A DNA stretch of 64,000 nucleotides from a virus. A program made the translations under genes and the position numbers. The notes below the pieces were generated by a model. The model was given only the letters and a program-made list of their open reading frames with translations. It was not told the DNA's origin and made no database searches. This document shows positions 1 to 9,045 of this stretch, in pieces. The stretch lies in IMG/VR virus record IMGVR_UViG_3300017751_000001. One strand, 5' to 3'. How positions within the stretch are numbered: position 1 is the stretch's first letter; each line of letters opens with the position of its first letter.

Positions 1-106
1 TCAAGTTTCCTTGAAGGAAAATACCTTCAATAAACATAGATTTCTTGCCGTCTTTTTCTTCGACAAGAACCTTTGCTGATTCGATTTCTTCGGTAATAAG
101 TTTCAT
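1..106 (-). CDS. gp21: Prohead core scaffold/protease, N-terminal fragment (runs off the window start)
   Basis: Manual translation from ATG at 106 gives MKLITEEIESAKVLVEEKDGKKSMFIEGIFLQGNL, the typical T4-like gp21 N-terminus. The ATG overlaps the TGA of the upstream ORF. Not in the ORF track. Confidence 0.9.
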   Translation of the reverse strand, partial: MKLITEEIESAKVLVEEKDGKKSMFIEGIFLQGNL

Positions 107-354
107 TCTTCCTCTGGTTCCTCGGCAGGTGTTTCAAGTTCTGCAGATACCTCTACTTCACCATCAGAAGTTTCTGGTTCTGCATTATCTAATTGATCAA
201 CCCAAGGATTGGGCCCTCCAAACGCATCAGCTGTTACAGCTGGACGAATGGTTTCGATGTTTTCTGCAGACTTTGCAAATAAAACATCTTTGATCCTAGA
301 ATGAATTTCTGTAGGAGAGTCATTCTTCACAATCAAATCAATAAGGTCATCCAT
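103..354 (-). CDS. Small acidic prohead core protein (gp67/gp68-like position)
   Basis: 83 aa with a Glu-rich C-terminus. Lies between portal and gp21 as T4 gp67/gp68 do, and has its own TATAAATA motif upstream. Confidence 0.6.
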   Translation of the reverse strand: MDDLIDLIVKNDSPTEIHSRIKDVLFAKSAENIETIRPAVTADAFGGPNPWVDQLDNAEPETSDGEVEVSAELETPAEEPEEE

Positions 355-382
355 AACAGGTAAATTAAATACAAACTAGAAG

Positions 383-390
383 TATTTATA
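383..390 (-). promoter_or_regulatory. T4-type late promoter TATAAATA
   Basis: Exact T4 late consensus on the minus strand, 29 nt upstream of the ORF starting at 354. Confidence 0.8.
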
Positions 391-2059
391 TTTCCCCTCC
401 CTTGGGCATCTCTATGGATGATCCGTCAGCTTCTACTGCAGAATCATCAATACCTGGTTCTGTTATTGGAGACCCAAGATCTTCGCCTGCACCGATACCC
501 ATTTCAAGTTGTTGAACTTCCATAGGATCAATCAACTTACCATCCTTAATTTCTTGTGCCATCTGTTTATCAATATCGATCATCTCCTCATCTTTTTGTT
601 TGAGAACATTTCTCCTTACATATTCGAGAGAGAAATACTTTCCAAGATATGGGTCAACCGCAGCAGCAGTTCCAAGTCTTTCATTAAGTAGTTCAGTCTC
701 TTTTAATTCTGCAAAGTGGTTATCATAAACAAAGTCATATTGGATATGATCGGAAAGAATTTCCCAATCTTCAGGCGTAACAATGTTCTTAAGAATGAGT
801 TGTGTCTTCAGCATGTCGCTGAAAACACCAGAAAATCTTTTTCTTAAACGTCCAACAAACTTGGTAAATTTAATTTCATCTCTCAAGATTTCCGAAGAAC
901 GTCCAAGATTGAAACCTTCTCCAGAACCAGCAATACGAGATTCTGGGACACCCAGTGATCTGTATAATTTTTTCTGGAAGTATTCAATATCAGAAAGTTC
1001 TCCCAAGTTTTGACCACCTGGCAACGTAGTTATTTCAGTTCCTCTTCCACCTTCACGACGAGGCAACCAAAAATCTTCAAGCATACTCATATGCTTACGA
1101 TCATCTCGCACTTCACCAGTCGATGCATCATAGACTAGTTTGTTGCGATAACGACTCATCACATCTTTCAAGTATTGTTCTGCTTTAATCTTCGGCAGAT
1201 TACCAACATCAATATAGAAAATTCTTCTTTCAGGAGCACGGGACAATCTATAAATTACAAGACTATCTTCAATCATGCGAAGTTGATTGAGTGCTTTAAT
1301 AGTTTTGTGTAGATATGAAAGGATAGTTTGCTTATTCCTATCCACTAAACCAGAGTGACAGAATGTTACTGCGTCAAGTGCAATTTTTACTGGTCTATTT
1401 GCATTACTAAATGGTTGTCCGATAGCTCCTATATTATTTTTTGCTGATTGAGTATTTGGATCATAAAGATAATACTCTTCAATCTCTGGACTTGTTGGAC
1501 TAGAATTATCTTGAATCTTTGTTACTGTTTGTTGTAAGTTATCTTTTTTCTTTAACTTCCTAATATACTTAATTCTTAGAGGATCAATGTAACGTACTTC
1601 TTGAATGCCTTCTTCTGGTGCTTTGAGGTCAATTACTTTATGATAGAAAATTCTTCCATCAACATACCAGTTACGCAAAATTTCATGACACTTCTTGTCG
1701 AAGTCCATGACTTCTTTGACTTTTTTAAACTCAGATCTTATAAGATCTTTGAGTTTATCCGAACCAGGAAGATTTGACAGATCAATTTGAACGGGTGAAT
1801 CGTTCTGATCCGAGACAATAGCCTCATTTATAATATCTTCAATGGCACTATCCACCTCAGGATGCAATGCCATTTCTCGATATCTTTTTATCAAATCATA
1901 TTCAGACTTATATACACCTTCAATATCTACATATTGACCATAAAAACCACTGCTAACATAAAAGTCCGACGAATCCTCATCGGACTTTGGAACAGGGGAG
2001 ACGATACTCTTCGAGGTGTCGTCTTCTTTTTCAATTTTAAAACCAAACAACCTAGCCAT
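386..2059 (-). CDS. gp20: Portal vertex protein
   Basis: 557 aa with T4 gp20 motifs YRLSRAPERRIFYIDVGNLPK and MLEDFWLPRREGGRGTEITTLPGG. Confidence 0.98.
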   Translation of the reverse strand: MARLFGFKIEKEDDTSKSIVSPVPKSDEDSSDFYVSSGFYGQYVDIEGVYKSEYDLIKRYREMALHPEVDSAIEDIINEAIVSDQNDSPVQIDLSNLPGSDKLKDLIRSEFKKVKEVMDFDKKCHEILRNWYVDGRIFYHKVIDLKAPEEGIQEVRYIDPLRIKYIRKLKKKDNLQQTVTKIQDNSSPTSPEIEEYYLYDPNTQSAKNNIGAIGQPFSNANRPVKIALDAVTFCHSGLVDRNKQTILSYLHKTIKALNQLRMIEDSLVIYRLSRAPERRIFYIDVGNLPKIKAEQYLKDVMSRYRNKLVYDASTGEVRDDRKHMSMLEDFWLPRREGGRGTEITTLPGGQNLGELSDIEYFQKKLYRSLGVPESRIAGSGEGFNLGRSSEILRDEIKFTKFVGRLRKRFSGVFSDMLKTQLILKNIVTPEDWEILSDHIQYDFVYDNHFAELKETELLNERLGTAAAVDPYLGKYFSLEYVRRNVLKQKDEEMIDIDKQMAQEIKDGKLIDPMEVQQLEMGIGAGEDLGSPITEPGIDDSAVEADGSSIEMPKGGEI

Positions 2060-2087
2060 TTAGATTCACTTGAGGCATCATCAAATG

Positions 2088-2095
2088 TATTTATT
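2088..2095 (-). promoter_or_regulatory. Late promoter AATAAATA
   Basis: NATAAATA motif in the gap upstream of gp20. Confidence 0.7.
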
Positions 2096-2104
2096 CAATG
2101 AGAA

Positions 2105-2800
2105 TTAAGCAGTCTGAGAATCACTTGATTGAACTGGCTCCTCTTCTGTACCAAAGAGGTTAACGTTCTCTGCAGTATATGCATCCCACCACTGAACTTG
2201 CATATCTACAGTAAACTCTTCAATAGTATCGGAGTTGTCGTAAGATAGTTCGATGGAACTGACGTTTGTTGGGAACAAACCGTGGAAGACATATTTTTTC
2301 AGAACGGGATACTTATCACCAGCACCCAATGTTGCATCTTTAATAGTGGTTGGGAAACTACCAGTAGAACCTCTGGTATTTCTTCCTAGTTGATACACAA
2401 CTGCATCTTTTTGATATTGAGTTGGATTAATAACACCAGTAGCATTGTCATGCTTATTGATGCCATTCATCCACTGCTCGAATGCATTTCGTAGATCGAA
2501 TGAAATGTCATTGATGACTGTAATAGTCCAGACATCAAAGGTTCGGTCACCTGCAACTTTAAGATTTCTTCCTCTGAAAGGAACGTCGATGACGTTAATA
2601 TTCGAGGCTGGTAATTGAGCAGCCTTGATTAGAAATCTAGAATTGGCAACAGATTCCGTGGCGACTTGGACATAGCTTGGGAAAGCAAGTTCAACCTCAA
2701 ACAAATTGGGGCGGGCGGCCCCTCCAGATAGTCGAGCCTTGAAATCCTCAATAGTCCTATTCCCTACCAATGGTGGGTTAAATGACTTTGAACTGGGCAT
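2105..2800 (-). CDS. gp19: Tail tube protein
   Basis: GGAARPNLFEV, PFRGRNLKVAGDRTFDVWTITVIND and IEEFTVDMQVQWW are T4 gp19 motifs; follows the sheath gene. Confidence 0.97.
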   Translation of the reverse strand: MPSSKSFNPPLVGNRTIEDFKARLSGGAARPNLFEVELAFPSYVQVATESVANSRFLIKAAQLPASNINVIDVPFRGRNLKVAGDRTFDVWTITVINDISFDLRNAFEQWMNGINKHDNATGVINPTQYQKDAVVYQLGRNTRGSTGSFPTTIKDATLGAGDKYPVLKKYVFHGLFPTNVSSIELSYDNSDTIEEFTVDMQVQWWDAYTAENVNLFGTEEEPVQSSDSQTA

Positions 2801-2823
2801 GGCTAATTAACTCCTTATACTGT

Positions 2824-2831
2824 TATTTAGT
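2824..2831 (-). promoter_or_regulatory. Late promoter variant ACTAAATA
   Basis: CTAAATA variant in the gap upstream of gp19. The same variant recurs upstream of other late genes here. Confidence 0.65.
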
Positions 2832-2839
2832 GAGACGGA

Positions 2840-5269
2840 TCAAACATTACCAACTACTTCATCAAAACTGACTCCCGAGCGTGTCGCGACGAATGTCAGA
2901 CCAATGAAGTTGATTGATCTATTTGGTTTTACGAAGATATCAGCTTTGAACTGATTGGAATCAACAACATCTGGTGTGTTGTTAGAGTCATCACAAATGA
3001 CAACGAAATCAATGATGCCCCTCTTCGCCTTAACATCGCGAAGATATGGTTCAACAATATTCAAGAAGTTAGTTCTTGTGAGAATGTCATTGAACTCAAA
3101 GAGTTGTGCTCTTGCAGCTCTCTCTATTGTCTGTTCAATAGTGAGGAACAGACGACGAACGTTAATTCTGTCGAATGCAGATGCTTCTTTAAGAGCAGTC
3201 TTATCACCATAGAGAACCATTCCTGCACCAGGGGAGAATATCACTGGGTTAATTCTCTTGGGATACAGAAGATCTCTCTGTGCCTGTGATGGGTTGTATG
3301 CCAGTTTAACAGCATTATTAATTGAACCTCTTTGTGAACCTGCAGGAGAGAACCATGGGAAAGAATTGATTGAAGTTCTTGCCATGAGACCAGCAGTATC
3401 ACCATTCAAAGGAACATATCTGAAAGAATTATTGAATCTATCAAATGTATACTTGTAACCAGAATCAAATACAGCATAAGAACTGGAAGACAGACTATCA
3501 TAGAAGTTGATAACATTATTTGTCTGTTGATCCGAGTCACTAATTCCAACAACATCAGGTTTGTATGGAGATATACATGCAATACAATCTTTACGAGTAT
3601 TTGCAATTTGAATCAATTTGTTCGCCTTAGCTTGTGCCTCAAAAACAGTATCACCTGATGAAGGCCCCTGGATAATATAATTAATGGAATACTCTGCAGG
3701 GTTTTCTAGGATAGTATACGAAGAAATAACATCCGAGAGGTTACACTTGTAAACTCCAACACCACCATAATCATTACCCCCTCCAAGGGAGAATGTCTGA
3801 GCACCAGCACCGTTAAATGTTGTTCCTTGTGAAAGTTGTCCCCATGTTCCACTTGCATCTAGAGTATAACCACTCAACATACTGAACTTAAGTGATGTGC
3901 CAGTTTGGGCAGCACCAACAAAGAGATTTTGGGAATATTGTGCAATATAGTTTTTGTAGAAGATATCTGCACTTGGAGAAATCTTTGCATCAGAAGCCTT
4001 AGAAAGACCGATCCATTTCTCTACGATGTTTCCTGCACTTCCAGTTACTTTACCAGTATCGTCAACAACAACGATATGCATTTCATCAAATCTAGAACTT
4101 CTCTCTCCAGCATATGCAGATGTTGAAGGTCTCTCGGCAAGAGACTTCCAGAAAATTGTCTGGTTTTCTAGTCCAAGAGTCTGTGTGTTATACCAGTCTT
4201 GTGCAGTATTTCCTTGTCTTAGTGAAAGTCCACTACCAATACCTGACTTAACAATGAAGTCTGTATTAGCGAAAGAAACTGAAGCTGCAACGTCCATGAT
4301 GACTGCAGTGGTTGAATCACCTTCTGTAGTGAATCCAATAACTGTTCCTTCGTAGTTTCCATTGACCGACTTTACTTTATCACCAAAAGCAATCTTGGTG
4401 TTATCCAAGTCAGCTCCAAATCCAATCATTGTGGATCCAATACCAACAGTTGCTTGGAATCTAGTCCTTTCAATACTAACTTGATCACCTACGTTATCGA
4501 ATATTCTATAAAGGTTTCTATTGTTGAAGTTAGTTGTATTGATACCACTAACGAATGCTTCTTGTCCTGCGTCATATCCAAGGAATGCCCTTGTAGAACT
4601 ACCTTCCTGGTAATCAGTTTCTGACCATGTGTCTGTTACGACGTTATGCTGAGATAGAACTTTAACGTCAATCGAATTAGTATTAACTGCAGCGATGACA
4701 CCCTTAAGGTATCCAGTTTCGATTCCGACAGTACCATTACTCAATGCTACTGCTGTAGTGAAACCAGCGGTGATTGCATATCCTACCTGGAGACCGTCTG
4801 TACCTATTGCCAGTCTTTGGTCAGCAGCAGCATCGATCGTGCAAACTTTTAGATCATTTGCCCAAGAACCTGGGTTTCTCGATGCATATGTCCAGTTGAT
4901 ATCTTCTAAGTGATTATTTGTATAATCCTCAGAGGAATTAATCTGCAAGTTTGACAGGGATCCCCCTGCTAGTGCAACGTTGGCGTTAGATAGGTCTGGG
5001 TGAGCAGATCTAATGACTCTTAGAATACCACCGTAAGAAAGATACGATGAAGCACTCATCCAGTACTCATACTGGGAATCAGTAGATAGTGGCTTACCAA
5101 ACGTTTGTGTAAGATCGTTTTCAGTTTCAATCAGTAGTGGTACATCTACGGGTCCTCTTTCAAAAGGACCAGCAATGGCACCCACCTGATCATTAATATT
5201 ATCAATACGTCCAATAGTTAAGTCAACTTCTCTTACCTTAACGCCTGGGGAGACTAAATTTAATGACAT
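2840..5269 (-). CDS. gp18: Tail sheath protein
   Basis: 809 aa. N-terminus MSLNLVSPGVKVREVDLT; C-terminal FDRINVRRLFL and FKADIFVKPNRSINFIGLTFVATRSGV are T4 gp18 motifs. Confidence 0.98.
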   Translation of the reverse strand: MSLNLVSPGVKVREVDLTIGRIDNINDQVGAIAGPFERGPVDVPLLIETENDLTQTFGKPLSTDSQYEYWMSASSYLSYGGILRVIRSAHPDLSNANVALAGGSLSNLQINSSEDYTNNHLEDINWTYASRNPGSWANDLKVCTIDAAADQRLAIGTDGLQVGYAITAGFTTAVALSNGTVGIETGYLKGVIAAVNTNSIDVKVLSQHNVVTDTWSETDYQEGSSTRAFLGYDAGQEAFVSGINTTNFNNRNLYRIFDNVGDQVSIERTRFQATVGIGSTMIGFGADLDNTKIAFGDKVKSVNGNYEGTVIGFTTEGDSTTAVIMDVAASVSFANTDFIVKSGIGSGLSLRQGNTAQDWYNTQTLGLENQTIFWKSLAERPSTSAYAGERSSRFDEMHIVVVDDTGKVTGSAGNIVEKWIGLSKASDAKISPSADIFYKNYIAQYSQNLFVGAAQTGTSLKFSMLSGYTLDASGTWGQLSQGTTFNGAGAQTFSLGGGNDYGGVGVYKCNLSDVISSYTILENPAEYSINYIIQGPSSGDTVFEAQAKANKLIQIANTRKDCIACISPYKPDVVGISDSDQQTNNVINFYDSLSSSSYAVFDSGYKYTFDRFNNSFRYVPLNGDTAGLMARTSINSFPWFSPAGSQRGSINNAVKLAYNPSQAQRDLLYPKRINPVIFSPGAGMVLYGDKTALKEASAFDRINVRRLFLTIEQTIERAARAQLFEFNDILTRTNFLNIVEPYLRDVKAKRGIIDFVVICDDSNNTPDVVDSNQFKADIFVKPNRSINFIGLTFVATRSGVSFDEVVGNV

Positions 5270-5309
5270 TGTTAGTTCCTCTTTAAGAAGTCCATTTTTT
5301 ATCTGTTAT

Positions 5310-5317
5310 TATTTAGA
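5310..5317 (-). promoter_or_regulatory. Late promoter variant TCTAAATA
   Basis: Intergenic, upstream of gp18; a GAGGA ribosome-binding site precedes the ATG. Confidence 0.65.
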
Positions 5318-5357
5318 ATTTACTCGTTTTCAAGTGGGGAAACAATGCATGAACTCC

Positions 5358-5582
5358 CTACCAGTCTGGGTATGTAGATGTGTCTTTTAGTTTTGTAATC
5401 CTAGATCTCATTACTCGTTGTTTAGTACAATCCTTACACTCATAAGAGTAAGCAGAAGCAGTGGTTCTATTTCTTCTCGTCCTATAAAAGTCTGTTAATA
5501 AATTTTTTATCTCTCCACAAGACCTACATTTCCTTTCATTTAGAAGAAGATGTCCTAACACAAACTCATCATCTAGGTTCAT
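5358..5582 (-). CDS. Small Zn-ribbon protein (CxxC...CxxC)
   Basis: 74 aa with KCRSCGEIK and YECKDC; abuts the gp17 stop. Confidence 0.75.
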   Translation of the reverse strand: MNLDDEFVLGHLLLNERKCRSCGEIKNLLTDFYRTRRNRTTASAYSYECKDCTKQRVMRSRITKLKDTSTYPDW

Positions 5583-7238
5583 CTACCGATAGTCCCACAT
5601 ATGTGACATATCACCATACTCATCCGTATGCCATCTATCGCCACTAGAATCTACAAATGATGTCTCTTCATGGATTCCGTCACTTAGAAATCCAAATGGA
5701 GCCATATCCTGTTCAATTTGATCTCTTTGATCATCGTAAATTCTTTTTCTGATATCATCGTCGGACATTTCTTTGAAATAATCTTGTTGGACTAACCAAG
5801 CAAAAATAACCAAACACATAGCAAGGTCATCGTTACATCCCTCTTCAGCTTCAAAAGAATTATTTTTTTGAATAAATGTCGTAAGTTCTGCAATAATATT
5901 ATAATCGGTTATCAATAACTTATCAGACTCGATCATTGTCTTTAAGTTTAGTGATCCGATTTTCTTGACTGTCTTAGACATTTTGACACCCAACTGAGTT
6001 TTTTTGCCAGAAAATCCTTGACCAACTAATTGCCCAGCTCGACCTCGCATAGAACACATGAGTAAATTTTGATATTCTAAATCGTATTGAAGAGTTGCTG
6101 CAATTTGATCTCCAATATCATTTACTTCACATAAAATGTATGCATCATTATATGCTTTTGCAAATTCCCAAATAACATTTGGGAACAACATTGGTCTAAT
6201 GGAATTATTTCTATACTTTGCAACAACCTTATATGGAAACTCTGTTGTATCAAATACAATAAAAGCAGAATAATCTTTTTCTACACCTCTAGCAACGTCA
6301 ACCGTCATAATATAATTATGATTCTCCATTGAATGGCAATATATCTCTCCGCCATTTTTTGCAGTATTTATTGGTTCATCATATACCATCGACTTCAATT
6401 TTGAAGGCGCTATCAGAGTGTCTACAGATCCTAAGAACTCACATTCAAACTCAACTCGGAACTGAGACTCCGAGGTATTTTTTATAGTCTGTTCTTTCCA
6501 AGCATCATCACGACCAGGAACTTCTGACCAATGAACTTCCGTATTCGTGTATTCATTTCTACCAAGTTCGGAGTCATGCCATAATCTATAAAAATGGTTC
6601 ATACCCTTTGGGGTAGAGACGATAATTACTTTTGTAGATTTACCAGATGAAATGGTGGGATATACTGAACTGAAAAACTCCTCTGCGATGTGATTTGGAA
6701 TGAACGCAAACTCATCAAGGAAAATGATGTTGAACGACATGCCTCGAACAGCACTTGCAGATGTCGATGCAGCAAGAATTTTTGATTTGTTTTCCAACTC
6801 CATGGAACCTTTATTCCATGCAACAATACCCTGTTGCATCCAATGAGGTAATGCCTCATAAGCAGTTTGGAGTCTTCCTAAGAGTTCTCTGGCAGTTGCA
6901 GCTTTGTTTGCAAGTATACCAATAGTAACGCTATCGTTGAAGAGTGCATAATGTAGGAGATATGAAACGACGGTTGTTGATTTTCCCGACTGTCGGGGCA
7001 TCTTACAAATGTTGAATCTGTTTTCATGGAAATTTTTTACAAGTTTTTCCTGAAAATCATACATTTTGAACGGAACCAGTCCTTCATCGAGACTGATAAT
7101 CTTCACATAATTAACTGCAAAATATAAAGGATCTTCCTTACACTTTAAGTATTCTTTAACTTGATCTTGAGTCCACTCAATAGCAACATTGGACTTCTTG
7201 AGATTTGGGTTGCCAAGATATACACCATTATCAGACAT
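5583..7238 (-). CDS. gp17: Terminase large subunit
   Basis: Walker A PRQSGKST, Walker B IIFLDEFAF, nuclease DVARG and GCNDDLAMCL motifs. Confidence 0.98.
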   Translation of the reverse strand: MSDNGVYLGNPNLKKSNVAIEWTQDQVKEYLKCKEDPLYFAVNYVKIISLDEGLVPFKMYDFQEKLVKNFHENRFNICKMPRQSGKSTTVVSYLLHYALFNDSVTIGILANKAATARELLGRLQTAYEALPHWMQQGIVAWNKGSMELENKSKILAASTSASAVRGMSFNIIFLDEFAFIPNHIAEEFFSSVYPTISSGKSTKVIIVSTPKGMNHFYRLWHDSELGRNEYTNTEVHWSEVPGRDDAWKEQTIKNTSESQFRVEFECEFLGSVDTLIAPSKLKSMVYDEPINTAKNGGEIYCHSMENHNYIMTVDVARGVEKDYSAFIVFDTTEFPYKVVAKYRNNSIRPMLFPNVIWEFAKAYNDAYILCEVNDIGDQIAATLQYDLEYQNLLMCSMRGRAGQLVGQGFSGKKTQLGVKMSKTVKKIGSLNLKTMIESDKLLITDYNIIAELTTFIQKNNSFEAEEGCNDDLAMCLVIFAWLVQQDYFKEMSDDDIRKRIYDDQRDQIEQDMAPFGFLSDGIHEETSFVDSSGDRWHTDEYGDMSHMWDYR

Positions 7239-7245
7239 AACTTAT

Positions 7246-7494
7246 TCAGGGGTTTACCATAAAAAGGGGTTCTCTAGGGTCTTTCACCGCAGGGTAAAAA
7301 TAAATTACCTTTGCTCCAGGATATACCTTATCCACTTCAGACTGAACATCTTTCTTTACAGGTCTTCCTCTTTGAGGGAAGAACATTTGGAGAGATCTAG
7401 TTGACCCTCTAAAGACTAGATTAATAGTATAGTAATTTCCGTACATAGCAATTCGGTCTGCACCTTCACCTAGAAATATTTGGAAAGATTTCAT
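7246..7494 (-). CDS. Hypothetical protein, possible internal head protein
   Basis: 82-aa ORF filling the gp16-gp17 gap, with a TCTAAATA motif upstream and N-terminus MKSFQIFLGE. Confidence 0.7.
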   Translation of the reverse strand: MKSFQIFLGEGADRIAMYGNYYTINLVFRGSTRSLQMFFPQRGRPVKKDVQSEVDKVYPGAKVIYFYPAVKDPREPLFMVNP

Positions 7495-7515
7495 GTTTCA
7501 GAGACATCTATATGA

Positions 7516-7944
7516 TTATTTAGATTGATTATCTTTGGATGCTTGCTTTAGCATCTTTTGTAGATCTGCTGTACTTCCAACAAACAATGCGTTATTCGTG
7601 ACATTGGTAGGACTCTTTTTCGATTCCTCGTTAACATCCTTTAGTTTCTTTTGAAGATCCATCAATTTATCTGTGGTATCCGCAACATTCTTTATTAACT
7701 GCCCAGCAACCTCATAAGCTCTAGGTGAATCCGATTCTTGTGATAACTCAAGAATACCATCAATTGCTTCCTGTCCTTTCTCAATCAAGGAATACAAATG
7801 ACCTCTAGTATATTCATAGTCTCGGTCAATATCCGGCTTCTCTTCCCGTACAGGTTTCTTTTTGACGACAGGTTTTTCTTCGGGTAATACTTCCGAAGGA
7901 GTAATATCTAACGACTCGTCAATACTATCAAAGTTTTTACTCAT
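7516..7944 (-). CDS. gp16: Terminase small subunit
   Basis: DYEYTRGHLYSLIEKGQEAIDGI, PRAYEVAGQLIK and NNALFVGSTADLQK are typical of T4-like gp16; lies upstream of gp17. Confidence 0.93.
   Translation of the reverse strand: MSKNFDSIDESLDITPSEVLPEEKPVVKKKPVREEKPDIDRDYEYTRGHLYSLIEKGQEAIDGILELSQESDSPRAYEVAGQLIKNVADTTDKLMDLQKKLKDVNEESKKSPTNVTNNALFVGSTADLQKMLKQASKDNQSK
7517..7524 (-). promoter_or_regulatory. Late promoter variant TCTAAATA
   Basis: Overlaps the gp16 stop codon, 23 nt upstream of the ORF starting at 7494. Confidence 0.55.
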
Positions 7945-9020
7945 AAGTCAGAATCTCTACTCTGACTGATACTATAGACTTGTCCATCCAAATATTCAGT
8001 TCTCGTTTCACCAAATCCAAAGTCATCCTCATCTAGATTTGCTTCTACATATACATCATCTTGAATAGTAATTGCATTGATCTGGACATCAATATCATGA
8101 GGGACAGCAACCGTTCCGTATTCTCCTCTCTCTACATGCAACCGTTGTCCACTCTTAGACCTGATTCGCATAACTTCTTCATCAATTTGAATGTAGCTAT
8201 TGGAAACAAATGGAGTTGCATCTGAGACAGTAAATGCCGTTACTCGATCATCAAATACTTCTCCAGTTCTAGCAGTATCATCATTATCATAATCTTTAAT
8301 AGCAATAGGAACAGCAGTATACCTAAGTTGTCTATTTGGAGTTTTGCGATTATCAGTTCCTTGCATATAATCAACTTGAACTTTCTTGATGAGTCCGTCA
8401 GTAGTTGCACTAATAGGACCGTAAAGATAGGCTTTACAAGTAAAATTTAAAGTATAAATTAAAGCTCTTCTTGTTAAAAAGTCTCCTTCATAATTATCAT
8501 CCATCTGAATTGCTTCTAATGTAATTGGAATATCTCTAGTCTCTCCAATAGTATCAGTGAGATTGACTGTTAGATTAAACGATGGTTGAAAATAAGGTAA
8601 AATTTGTTCTAATATTTCTAGAGCATCTTCATTGAGTTTTGTTAGTATACTCAATTGCATATTGATATTATATGGGACAGGCATATATCCCTTAATCAAT
8701 TTATTTGTATCTTTATTAACAGCCTTAAAAGTTTGCATAGTAGAAATTTTCCTACTAGCATCATATTGAACTCCAATCATCTCAAATGACATTCTCGGTA
8801 ATGTCAACGCACCAGCTGGTTTACCTGGAGATCTTAAATCTCTACTTTGCTCTAGTCGTGCTAGAAACTTTTGAGTTGGTCCGTAAGAAATTGGAACATT
8901 AATAACACTAAACGTCTTGTCATTTTTATCTTGATGCTTTATTTCGATCCCATTAAAAAGGGTTCCGAAGGAAATAATTACTTTCCTAATAATTTCGTGA
9001 TAGAAATGAGAAGTTAACAT
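7941..9020 (-). CDS. gp15: Tail sheath stabilizer / tail terminator, with C-terminal extension
   Basis: FYHEIIRKVIISFGTLFN, VPISYGPTQKFLARL and LPRMSFE motifs; follows gp14. Confidence 0.95.
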   Translation of the reverse strand: MLTSHFYHEIIRKVIISFGTLFNGIEIKHQDKNDKTFSVINVPISYGPTQKFLARLEQSRDLRSPGKPAGALTLPRMSFEMIGVQYDASRKISTMQTFKAVNKDTNKLIKGYMPVPYNINMQLSILTKLNEDALEILEQILPYFQPSFNLTVNLTDTIGETRDIPITLEAIQMDDNYEGDFLTRRALIYTLNFTCKAYLYGPISATTDGLIKKVQVDYMQGTDNRKTPNRQLRYTAVPIAIKDYDNDDTARTGEVFDDRVTAFTVSDATPFVSNSYIQIDEEVMRIRSKSGQRLHVERGEYGTVAVPHDIDVQINAITIQDDVYVEANLDEDDFGFGETRTEYLDGQVYSISQSRDSDL

Positions 9021-9037
9021 GATACAGTATTTTTAAT

Positions 9038-9045
9038 TATTTAGA
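9038..9045 (-). promoter_or_regulatory. Late promoter variant TCTAAATA
   Basis: Overlaps the gp14 stop, upstream of gp15. Confidence 0.6.

Noticed and set aside
5583-7238. Intron or intein in the terminase, portal or other core genes
   Set aside because: These ORFs are continuous and of ordinary length, with no visible homing endonuclease or splicing motifs.
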